A stretch of DNA of 63,921 nt, the filler included, from Octopus bimaculoides (taxonomy: Eukaryota): the NCBI RefSeq assembly GCF_001194135.2. It is 3 parts of 3 records of this genome, joined end to end, with 100 filler letters (N's around TTAATTAATTAA, not from the genome) between each part and the next. Parts side by side here need not be neighbours in the genome. Positions count along the whole stretch, not along the records: positions 30,996 to 62,791 come from NC_068985.1; 2 more parts are not named here. The stretch is one strand, 5' to 3'. The position numbers and the translations under genes are program-made. The notes under the pieces were generated by a model that was given only the letters and a program-made list of their open reading frames with translations, was not told the DNA's origin and made no database searches. Every line of letters begins with the position of its first letter. Positions within the stretch are counted from its first letter, which is position 1. Below are positions 51,351 through 62,891 of the stretch, in pieces.

Positions 51351-52813
51351 GTGTATATACATATATATATGTATANNNNNNNNNNNNNNNNNNNNNNNNN
51401 NNNNNNNNNNNNNNNNNNNNNNNNNNNNNNNNNNNNNNNNNNNNNNNNNNNNNNNNNNNNNNNNNNNNNNNNNNNNACATATATATATATATACATATAT
51501 ATATATAAGAACGCAGCAGATGGCAGTAAAACTTCCAGACAGATATAAATGATACAAAAACAGACAGGAAAGACAATAAAAAACGGACAGGAAAAAACAA
51601 GGACGGGTCAGTCAAGTTTCCAGATTATCCTTATAGTTTCGGCCGGTTACACTCCAGACTGTTCAAATTTGGCTGGCCGCAAAAATCTAAGCATTATATA
51701 TTTTGGGAGAAAGCAAGCGAATGTGTACGACAACAGCCAAAAAAAAAAAGAACGACAAAATAATGAAGTGTGTACATATATATACGATGGGATTCTTTCT
51801 GTTTCTGTTTACCAAATCCATTCACAAGGCTTTGCCCAAGATGCCGCAGTGAAGAATTTTTCTAACAATATTTCCTTGTGTTGTTGCAATTCTTCCTTTT
51901 CCTGTTTTGCCAGGTTGGTGTCACTTTACGTGCAATCTTTCAAAAATATATTGCAGCAGTTCTTGCTTTTCACCTTTCAGAAACGAGAGATTTCAACTTC
52001 CTCTTTTTCTTCTGACTAATCAAAGATTCCAGCACTGCAACGTTTTCATCACTGAACAACTTTTCCCTGCTATTTTGCTTTCACAATTGCCACGACGTGT
52101 AAGCTTCAGTTGCGTCATTTATCTTTAGAAATTATGCATTAAATAAAAAGCAATTTATGCCTACGTAATAACATTATGGGTTTGATCCTGGCCCATCACC
52201 AAACGTTTTATTTATGCACTGGACTCGAACTAAGAAACTCTTATTTCTAAACTATAAGTAGTGACACACTCATCTCCTAAGCCGCTGATGTCTACCTGAG
52301 TTATGTAAAGGATAGGAATGTCTGAAAAGACCCCCATCAAAATGTTGATGGTAAATTCCTCGACATACTTGTCACTGCACTTGAGACAATTCTGACTAAA
52401 AGGAAAATAAATTATATTGAATAGCTTGAAATTCTACAACCGACAGACATAAATTACAAATAGGAAAACAGTCCAAATAGATCTAAGCTATTTTAAATTG
52501 ATTGTCTTCACAATATTACCATCTGACACCCCTTAGGTTCCATAACAATACCTTTTCCTTTTATTTTTTATTTTTCGCTAAAATACTATACCGAGAAACT
52601 AAATAAACATCAACAAAAACGAAATCTAGAACACTATAAATTAAGTTTATGTGGAAGACTCATAAAACTTTTTTCTGACATGTAAATGGGAAATTTTGGC
52701 AATATTGGCAATAACTTACATAACCCAAAGAATTCAGTTTCTGCTTCACCAACAAAGAGAAAAAAACACGCAACGTGTTTCGCATTTAAGCCAATGCTTT
52801 AAAGAGAATTACG

Positions 52814-53018
52814 CTCTTTACTCTCTCTTTTACTTGTTTCAGTCATTTGACTGCGGCCATGCTGGAGCACCGCTTTTAGTCGAACAAATCGACCCCAGGA
52901 CTTGTTATTTGTAAGTCTAGTACTTATTCTATCGGTTCCTTTTACCGAACCGCTAAGTTACGGGGACGTAAACACACCACTATCGGTTGTCAAGCGATGT
53001 TGGAGGACAAACACAGCC

Positions 53019-53097
<79 letters not shown>

Positions 53098-53247
53098 CAT
53101 ACGATGAGCTTCTTTCAGTTTCCGTCTACCAAATCCACTCACAAGGCTTTGGTCGGCCCGAGGCTATGGTAGAAGACACTTGCCCAAGGTGCCACGAAGT
53201 GAGAATGAACCCGGAATCATGTGGCTGGTAAGCAAGCTACTTACCAT
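52814..53247 (-). mobile_element. SINE family C, near full length
   Basis: Matches the reverse complement of 57058-57467 with an internal CA tract. Confidence 0.93.
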
Positions 53248-53454
53248 CCACTCTGCAAGTGCTCAGGTTCCTTCAATCAACAACAAAGACTGAATGAAGA
53301 AAGACAATTTATCAATTACAAACCACAATTAAATATAGGCCCAACCACGACCAATATATAAGGACAGACACTTTTAAACAATTTTAAACAATTTTATACA
53401 TTAGAAAATTAATATTTTTAAATCTCACAACGTGAGATATTCAGCAACAGTACT

Positions 53455-53846
53455 TTGTAGTAAAGATTGTTTGCCAACATAACATGGCAATCCTGGTTTA
53501 GGACTAATGTTGCTGTAATTTAGCCCCGGGAGACATCGTCTCCTGTTGGCTATACGACACGATCTGTGTCCCTATATTTTCGAACAAGAGAATCTAGCAC
53601 CCCAACTCAGCCCCAGCTCTAGCCGAACAAATTTTCTGTGCTGATGAAGAGAAATAACCCAGAAATCGCGATACACAGATATTGTTTGAGCCGAGTGGGG
53701 GTGCTAGATTCCCTTGTTCGAAAATATAAGGACACAGATCATGTCGTATAGCTAGCTAGAGACGATGTCTCCTGGGGCTAAATTACAGCAACATTTGTCC
53801 TAAACCAGGAGTGCCATGTTATGTTGGCAAACAATCTTTACTACAA
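53455..53846. mobile_element. Foldback/MITE-like element: 157-bp inverted arms, 78-bp spacer
   Basis: 53455-53611 versus 53690-53846, about 12 mismatches by manual count. Confidence 0.88.
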
Positions 53847-53916
53847 TTTTATACATATTATCATTTAAAAAAATTCTTTCCATCATCTCCTAAATCGTTT
53901 TTCAATACATATATGC

Positions 53917-53951
<35 letters not shown>

Positions 53952-54247
53952 TACACACATACTCAAAAAAGAAAACATCACAAAAAATACATACATTTAT
54001 ATGTCTTTAGTTGTGTAGGCATACGTCCTTCATCATCGTTTTGTGTTTCTAGTTCTTTTAACAGTCTGTATCGATTTGCTGTACCGCCTGCTTTTGTTCC
54101 ATGTGTGATTTTCCCTGCGATATACTTACATACACATACAATAGAAAACAGTACAAACACACACACACACACACACATCCAAAAGAAAACATCACAAACA
54201 CAAACACACACACACACACAGCTCTGTACACACACACACACAGCTCT

Positions 54248-54278
<31 letters not shown>

Positions 54279-54644
54279 NNNNNNNNNNNNNNNNNNNNNN
54301 NNNNNNNNNNNNNNNNNNNNNNNNNNNNNNNNNNNNNNNNNNNNNNNNNNNNNNNNNNNNNNNNNNNNNNNNNNNNNNNNNNNNNNNNNNNNNNNNNNNN
54401 NNNNNNNNNNNNNNNNNNNNNNNNNNNNNNNNNNNNNNNNNNNNNNNNNNNNNNNNNNNNNNNNNNNNNNNNNNNNNNNNNNNNNNNNNNNNNNNNNNNN
54501 NNNNNNNNNNNNNNNNNNNNNNNNNNNNNNNNNNNNNNNNNNNNNNNNNNNNNNNNNNNNNNNNNNNNNNNNNNNNNNNNNNNNNNNNNNNNNNNNNNNN
54601 NNNNNNNNNNNNNNNNNNNNNNNNNNNNNNNNNNNNNNNNNNNN

Positions 54645-54897
54645 GATGTTCAGCGTGACACAGTGTGACAAGGCTGACCCTTTGAATTACAGGCACAACA
54701 GAAACAGGAAGTAAGAGTGAGAGAAAGTTGTGGTGAAAGAGTACAGCAGGGTACGCTACCATCCACCGCCGGAGCCTCGTGGAGCTTTAGGTTTTTTTTG
54801 CTCTCAATAAACACTTACAACGCCCGGTCTGGGAATCGAAACCGCGATCATATGACCACGAGTCCGCTGCCCTAACCACTGGGCCATTGTGCCTCCT
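54645..54897 (-). mobile_element. SINE family B (3' part in gap)
   Basis: Homologous to 8460-8713. Confidence 0.92.
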
Positions 54898-55409
54898 CTT
54901 CACAGCATACACACCCATCAACTCACAGCTGGTCGTTTTTCAAAACATATTGAATGGACATTCAACACAATACACACACACACACGGATACACACACACA
55001 CACACACACACGGACATAAAACCTTGACAAGAACATACAAAAATTTCTTTTAGACAATAGACTCACTCTCTAACACTTTGAACTCTGAACCAAACTATAT
55101 TTAAAGAAGACCTCAACAAAAAATCTCCGGACATGTTCTTGACCACCAAACAAAAGATAAACTGTTTATACTTCAAATTTTTTCGAATTTTCATAAATTT
55201 CTGCTAATATTTGATTAGATGAAATACATCGAAACCGGTAATATTAATATTTTTATTTATATAATCTTTTATTAAATTCCCTCTTATTGCGTGTATGTGC
55301 GTGTATGTGTGTCCATTGTATGTATGTATGTATGTGTGTATAATACATGCATACATACATACAGATACACATATATGTGTGTGTGTGCGTAAGTAATGTC
55401 TGTGTGTAT

Positions 55410-55552
55410 ATTATACGACAGGGCTCTTTCAGTTTCCGTCTACCAAATCCACTCACAAGGCTTTGGTCGGCCCGAGGCTATAGTAGAAGACACTTGCCCA
55501 AGGTGCCACGCAGTGAGACTGAACTCGGAACCATGTGGTTGGTAAGCAAGCT
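55410..55552 (-). mobile_element. SINE family C, 5' half
   Basis: ctttcagtttccgtctaccaaatccactcacaagg...ccatgtggttggtaagcaag. Confidence 0.9.
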
Positions 55553-56146
55553 GTCTGCTAACGTGTTGAAAAATAGATGTTTTCATAAAACATCTATATA
55601 TTTTCTTTATTCGAAATTCGGTTGTATTCGGGCAAGACAAATATAAATAATAATTTTACTAGTTACTATGAGTTAATAATGTACTATAGTTTCCAGTTTA
55701 ACTCAACAAATTAAACAAATTATTNNNNNNNNNNNNNNNNNNNNNNNNNNNNNNNNNNNNNNNNNNNNNNNNNNNNNNNNNNNNNNNNNNNNNNNNNNNN
55801 NNNNNNNNNNNNNNNNNNNNNNNNNNNNNNNNNNNNNNNNNNNNNNNNNNNNNNNNNNNNNNNNNNNNNNNNNNNNNNNNNNNNNNNNNNNNNNNNNNNN
55901 NNNNNNNNNNNNNNNNNNNNNNNNNNNNNNNNNNNNNNNNNNNNNNNNNNNNNNNNNNNNNNNNNNNNNNNNNNNNNNNNNNNNNNNNNNNNNNNNNNNN
56001 NNNNNNNNNNNNNNNNNNNNNNNNNNNNNNNNNNNNNNNNNNNNNNNNNNNNNNNNNNNNNCTGCCCGAATACAGCCGAATTTCGAATCAAGGAAATATA
56101 TAGATGTTTTATCAAAACATCTATTTCTTAAGACGTTAAGAGGCAG
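55551..56146. mobile_element. TIR element (~85-bp TIRs) spanning gap 55725-56061
   Basis: 55551-55636 is the imperfect reverse complement of 56062-56146; each TIR holds an 11-bp-stem hairpin. Confidence 0.75.
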
Positions 56147-56168
56147 TTCCTATCTTCCGCCCTTCTCT

Positions 56169-56205
<37 letters not shown>

Positions 56206-56339
56206 TATGGAAGACTTTTGTTCTCAGTCGTCTCGATTATTGCTTCCAATATATATTCTTTTCTTGTTTTTCAGTTCAAAGGCTGTGGCTGTGCTGAGGC
56301 GTCGGCAGTGTTATCACCTTTTCAATTCCCACCTTTTGT

Positions 56340-56975
56340 GCCTGGCTTTTGGCGAAGGAGGGAATTCGACACTGCTCCCCTCTTTTGAGTCTCTTGCCGT
56401 GATGTAGATTCACCTGGGACCTTGGACAGCAGGAGGTCAAGTTGTTTCTTGTAAACATGCACCCTTACTCCGTATAATTCTCTCAGTTATTTTGGCAATA
56501 TATCAAATAGCTGTGTGCTCTTGAATCCCAAGCTTCCCTCTAGATAGGATGAATGGGACCTTTGGAACAGCACAGTGACGTCCAGTTCGGGGGCTAGTAT
56601 TGCTCTCTGTGCTAAAGTTTGGTGCCAACTCCTTTAGAATCTTCCATACGTATATCACTGCATACCTCTCCCATTTTTGTTTTCCTTGTAGCTCAGTTGT
56701 TTTACTGATACAATATTCCTGGTGTAGCACCGCTGAACTGCCGCAAGTTCCTCTATTAATTTAACACTGTGGAGTGACCACAGCTGAGAGTAGAACTCCA
56801 GACGGCTGAGGGTAAATTTCCTCCATAGTACCGGCGTAATTTCCTGGTCCCTTATTCTGAAAGTTCTCAGAATCCATCCGGCCATTCGCCTGCCCATTGC
56901 CACATGAAACGAGGCGTAGTTTCTCATATCAATAGCCAGATCAATAATGTATCTATAATTATATGAATACACATT
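56340..56975 (-). mobile_element. CR1/L2-group LINE RT C-terminal fragment
   Basis: GRRMAGWILRTFRIRDQEITPVLWRKFTLSRLEFYSQLWSLHSVKLIEELAAVQRCYTR; WERYAVIYVWKIL. Confidence 0.8.
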
Positions 56976-57057
56976 ATGTATACTTACATTCGTATAGTGA
57001 TATACGTATATGTATGTATGTATATATGTATGTATAAATGTATGTATATAGATGCAA

Positions 57058-57467
57058 GCGCAGGAGTGGCTGTGTGGTAAGGAGCTTGCTTACCAACCGC
57101 ATGGTTCCGGGTTCAGTCCCACTGCGTTGCACTTTGGGCAACTGTCTTCTACTATAGCCTCGGGCCGACCAAAGCCTTGTGAGTGGATTTGTTAGACGGA
57201 AACTGAAAGAAGCCCGTCGTATATATGTATATAAATATATGTGTGTATGTGTGTGATTGTGTGTCTGTGTTTGTCCTCCCCCCCCCCAACATCGCTTGAC
57301 AACCGATGCTGGTGTGTTTACGTCCCCGCAACTTAGCGGTTCGGCAAAAGAGACCGATAGAATAGGCTTACAAAGAATAAGTCCTGGGGTCGATTTTCTC
57401 GACTAAAGGCGGTGCTCCAGCATGGCCGCAGTCAAATGACTGAAACAAGTAAAAGAGTAAAAGAGTA
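57058..57467 (+). mobile_element. SINE family C, full length (reference copy)
   Basis: Head gcgcaggagtggctgtgtggtaag...gggttcagtccc; CORE-like ctttgggcaactgtcttctactatagcctcggg; internal (TA)/(TG) tract; tail gtaaaagagtaaaagag. Confidence 0.95.
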
Positions 57468-58154
57468 TATGTGTATGTCCGTCCCTATAATGACTAACAC
57501 ACAACAGCTTGGAGGGTGGTCTCTGTGTTAGTTATGTAAAGAATATAATCTGAGATATTTTATGATTTTTCTTTTTTTTTTCTGACAATGCTCAGGCAAA
57601 CTATCCTATAATCTATTCTTTGGAATGAGTAAAAGTCTATAACATATTAAGTAACACTACAAGAAGAAAAAAAAACAGGAGATTATATATTTTTGGAAGA
57701 AGCAGGTGTAGTAGGCATAGAAGTGTAGTTGGAAAATTAGGTTCGTAGTGACAGAGAATCGGTATCGATTCTACTGCACGGCATCTTGGGGAGTTTTCTT
57801 CTCAGACAACTTCGGGTCACGGTTTTGATACACGGAGAGTAGCGAAGCCCATCGCGCGCGCGTGTGTATAAGGATGTGGTTGGAGTGTATGCATGTATAG
57901 AGTTCTTTAGTTGTTTCTTGAATCTTTTGTATTTAAAAATTACTTGAACACTTGGTGTACACACACACGCACACGCACATATATCCAATGACCTGGAGTA
58001 TGACGAGTCGTCTTTAGGGTTAAGCGCTTTGTGGATGCGAGACCATTCGTCACTCTATGACCGGCAACATAATTAACTTACTGCTCTAAATTTTAGAGTG
58101 TGCTGCTTTATCGGATATATGATCCACTGACGACGTCTACCTATCTGTTGTCTG

Positions 58155-58199
<45 letters not shown>

Positions 58200-59286
58200 A
58201 TATATNNNNNNNNNNNNNNNNNNNNNNNNNNNNNNNNNNNNNNNNNNNNNNNNNNNNNNNNNNNNNNNNNNNNNNNNNNNNNNNNNNNNNNNNNNNNNNN
58301 NNNNNNNNNNNNNNNNNNNNNNNNNNNNNNNNNNNNNNNNNNNNNNNNNNNNNNNNNNNNNNNNNNNNNNNNNNNNNNNNNNNNNNNNNNNNNNNNNNNN
58401 NNNNNNNNNNNNNNNNNNNNNNNNNNNNNNNNNNNNNNNNNNNNNNNNNNNNNNNNNNNNNNNNNNNNNNNNNNNNNNNNNNNNNNNNNNNNNNNNNNNN
58501 NNNNNNNNNNNNNNNNNNNNNNNNNNNNNNNNNNNNNNNNNNNNNNNNNNNNNNNNNNNNNNNNNNNNNNNNNNNNNNNNNNNNNNNNNNNNNNNNNNNN
58601 NNNNNNNNNNNNNNNNNNNNNNNNNNNNNNNNNNNNNNNNNNNNNNNNNNNNNNNNNNNNNNNNNNNNNNNNNNNNNNNNNNNNNNNNNNNNNNNNNNNN
58701 NNNNNNNNNNNNNNNNNNNNNNNNNNNNNNNNNNNNNNNNNNNNNNNNNNNNNNNNNNNNNNNNNNNNNNNNNNNNNNNNNNNNNNNNNNNNNNNNNNNN
58801 NNNNNNNNNNNNNNNNNNNNNNNNNNNNNNNNNNNNNNNNNNNNNNNNNNNNNNNNNNNNNNNNNNNNNNNNNNNNNNNNNNNNNNNNNNNNNNNNNNNN
58901 NNNNNNNNNNNNNNNNNNNNNNNNNNNNNNNNNNNNNNNNNNNNNNNNNNNNNNNNNNNNNNNNNNNNNNNNNNNNNNNNNNNNNNNNNNNNNNNNNNNN
59001 NNNNNNNNNNNNNNNNNNNNNNNNNNNNNNNNNNNNNNNNNNNNNNNNNNNNNNNNNNNNNNNNNNNNNNNNNNNNNNNNNNNNNNNNNNNNNNNNNNNN
59101 NNNNNNNNNNNNNNNNNNNNNNNNNNNNNNNNNNNNNNNNNNNNNNNNNNNNNNNNNNNNNNNNNNNNNNNNNNNNNNNNNNNNNNNNNNNAAAGCTGAA
59201 AAAAAAAAAAAATTAACACCAAATATACAGTGCGTGTGTTTTTATTGGCTAAACTGGCAATATGACCATCCCCAAGTACAACAACA

Positions 59287-59320
<34 letters not shown>

Positions 59321-59575
59321 CATATATATACATACATAAATATATCATATATGTATGTATGTATATATATATATATGTGTGTGTGTGTATTTGTGTGTGC
59401 GTACATATTTATAAGTACACGCGCGGGCGCGTGTGTATGTGTTGTACTTTTATACTTTTATACAAACAAATACAATTTTTGCCGTCGCATACCGCCTCCA
59501 CTTTCCTAAGATTCGGTTTGTTATCAATACGTGTATTTCTGCGGGTGAATAGAGATGGGTGTGTATATCTCGGTG

Positions 59576-59579
<4 letters not shown>

Positions 59580-59661
<82 letters not shown>

Positions 59662-59961
59662 AGTGGTTTGTATATTGAAAACGATAGAATTAATCAAACG
59701 TTGGCTTTTGGTTGGATGAAGAATAGTGCTTTGAAGCTGAGAGTTACCAGCTAGACTAAATAATAGATTATTATTTTTTTGCCCAGGAGAAGACAAATGT
59801 AATCAAATATACATAGACATATGTAACATTACATAACTATCTACACACAGATATAACGTCCATACTCACACATGTGTGTCAAAGTGAGCATGTGTGTATG
59901 TATGTGTTTGTGTATGAGTGTATATATATATATATATATATATATGTGCGTATTTGTGTCA

Positions 59962-60003
<42 letters not shown>

Positions 60004-60155
60004 NNNNNNNNNNNNNNNNNNNNNNNNNNTATATATATGTGTGTGTGTATGTGTGCGTATGCATGAGTCTATATATATGGATGTGCATGTATATATGTAT
60101 ATATATATGTGTGTGTGTGTGTATGAGTGTATATATAGATGTGTATGTATATATT

Positions 60156-60188
<33 letters not shown>

Positions 60189-60375
60189 ATATATATATAT
60201 GTATGCGTGTGTGTTTGTGTATGTGTGTATGTGTGTGCGTTGAGTATGTATATGTATATATATGGATGTGCATGTATATATGTGTATGTGTGTGTGCGTG
60301 CATACATACATATGGATGTGTATGTATGTATGTATGTATGTATCTCTCTCTCTTTCTCTCTCTCTCTCTCTTTTC

Positions 60376-60441
<66 letters not shown>

Positions 60442-60825
60442 AGATGTACATGTATAGATTAATGAATTAGAAAACACACGCATACAGAAATGTATACGAA
60501 GAAATTCAACTCATTTTCACCCTCTTAAATGCGCACATACATATACACACACCCACACACAAACACACACACACCCACACACACACACACATACATACAT
60601 ACACACACGTACACACACGTACACACACGCACACACGTACACACGTACACAAACATGTACACGATTTCAGTAATGGATGCTCCCGTATCTCTGTGCAAGT
60701 ATTCAAGTTTGTTTAAACATTGCAGAAGTCTGATGTACTTTACTGTTATTTTTGCATTTAACAAAGCGGGCTTTGACGGAAGGAAACGCTGAGCTACACT
60801 ATTTATGCGTAGCTATGAGTGCATG

Positions 60826-60864
<39 letters not shown>

Positions 60865-61080
60865 NNNNNNNNNNNNNNNNNNNNNNNNNNNNNNNNNNNN
60901 NNNNNNNNNNNNNNNNNNNNNNNNNNNNNNNNNNNNNNNNCACAGACACACACGCACGTTCGCACATTTATGTATGTGTGTATACATGTACTCTCCCTCT
61001 TCCTCTCGCTCTTTCTGTCTCACACACAGACACACACAGACACACAGACACACACACACACACACACACACAGATATATA
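59580..61080. repeat. Microsatellite-rich field, (TG)n/(TA)n/(TATG)n/(CA)n/(CT)n
   Basis: Visible; explains all HT/CV/IY-rich ORFs in this interval. Confidence 0.95.
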
Positions 61081-61309
61081 AATGGTAAATTGATACTTTT
61101 TGGGAACAGCGGATCTCGAAACAGATAACTACTCCACTATTTGAACGCTGTTTATGTAAAGTATATCAGCTTTTTGATGCACTTTCCCAAAAACGATTTA
61201 GTTCACGTTTTCGAAATTTATGAGTTCTTATGATTTCAGCAATATATATATTTACATACATACATACATACATATATACATTTTTATTTATTTATGCGCC
61301 CTTTTAAAA

Positions 61310-61460
61310 CCTACCTAGGCTCATGGGCCCGGTTTCCCGGTTTCTATGGCATATGTGTTCCCCTCCAGCTGGACGAGACGCCAGTCCATCGCAGCTTTAC
61401 TCAAGAAACAGGAAGAAAGAGTGAGAGAAAGTTGGGGCAAAAGAGTACAACAGCGTCACC
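61310..61460 (-). mobile_element. SINE family D fragment (shares a middle module with family B)
   Basis: gaaacaggaagaaagagtgagagaaagttg is shared with B, but it is joined to a different 3' part, gcgatggactggcgtctcgtccagc...tagaaaccggg. Confidence 0.6.
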
Positions 61461-62777
61461 CCCCCCTCCTCTTTCGTATACCTATCTGTGAGCTGCGTTA
61501 GGCCATGGGAGCAGGTGGTAAATTCCACCCCGACTCCTGTTCACCGTCTTCTCAAACGGTTGAACGAAATACCTCTGAAAAACTAAATGCACCTACATGA
61601 AATCGAGTAGCACGCACCTCTATAAATCCATCACAAAACTAATTGCAGCTTTGTTGCCACATTGTACTGCCATCACGGCCCAGTGGACAGTTTTCGTTCT
61701 TTCATTGCTTTAGAAGGCCCTAGATCTGACACTGTCACATTTGTCCTTAGCACTGAAGAATCGGTGAAGGACCAATCTCGCTGCCGGCACTCCACGCATG
61801 TTCCTAAGCGCTTCTTCTATATTACTAACTAGCTCTCCCTCTACTCTGAAATATTCTGTCTCTATTCATTTACAAAACGTTACCGATTTTTAAGTTAAAA
61901 GCTAGTTTAAGTATTAACTACCATCAGCTGCTGACGATTTCACCAGCCAACTCCCTCTTCACTAGTTGGCACGCAGAGAAAGATGCGTTCAATATCCCGT
62001 AACTGGGTCCCTGTCTATGCAGCCTAACTGGACCAACCGTACAGATCACAGATATGTAGTCAGCTTCACTGTCACTTTGAATTATGGACAACCTATGCTG
62101 TTCTTATCTGTTAGACGACAGAACCCTCTATCTAGATACAATCCTGATGACTCGATGTTATTTGCCAATGTTGATAGTGATGCATTCAGAAATCTATTTG
62201 GTAGCTGTCAGCCAGTTGGAGAACGACTGAGCATGTTTCCGAGACTTTACGCTCTTTCTCCTATCGGATAGTCACACATAATCCAGACGTGCATTCAAGG
62301 TGACGCTCGAATCATCCACTAGCACTAAAAAGAGGGACGTTCCGAGGAAAATCTCAAGATGCCTGAAGAAATCCTGTCGCCTGCTCCAGGTGAAGAAGAC
62401 TCGGTAACTAGTCTAAAGGTACCAACTTCGCTACTGTTCACGTTCAGATCAATCAATTTACTGTCCGGGCCCAATAAGGCCTTTTCGAAACAGCAACGCC
62501 TCCCTTGTCTCGATTCTGGGCCAAGTAAGAGATGTGATCTCTTGCTCATCAAAAATGGGTGCTCAAGCGCGTGTGTCGATAATCCTTCTCTCACCGAAGA
62601 CTATCGCATCTATCTCTCCCTCTCTCCCCACACTCTCTCTATGTATATATAATGTAATATAATATTCTCTCTCTCTCTTTCCATCAATCTATCTATCTAT
62701 CTATCAATCCATAGACACACATACACACATATAAATACACACATACAGACACACACACGCACACACACACACACATA

Positions 62778-62791
62778 AGATCGGAAGAGCG
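62778..62791 (+). other. Illumina adapter remnant AGATCGGAAGAGCG at a contig end
   Basis: Exact match to the universal Illumina adapter prefix AGATCGGAAGAGC, directly abutting the N-spacer. Confidence 0.92.
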
Positions 62792-62891
62792 NNNNNNNNN
62801 NNNNNNNNNNNNNNNNNNNNNNNNNNNNNNNNNNNTTAATTAATTAANNNNNNNNNNNNNNNNNNNNNNNNNNNNNNNNNNNNNNNNNNNN

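Noticed and set aside
51865-52075. Homeodomain-like peptide on the minus strand (LFSDENVAVLES...TWQNRKRK)
   Set aside because: It has two in-frame stops, wrong F8-W48 spacing (49 versus 41) and no Phe after Trp; likely chance.
1377-60792. Dozens of ORFs rich in HT, CV, IY, poly-I/L/S/Y/N/K or X
   Set aside because: They are translations of microsatellites or N-gaps; no evidence of coding function.
61966-62652. Three 89-101 aa ORFs of normal composition
   Set aside because: No recognisable domain in any frame I translated, overlapping on both strands, no splice support; left unassigned.
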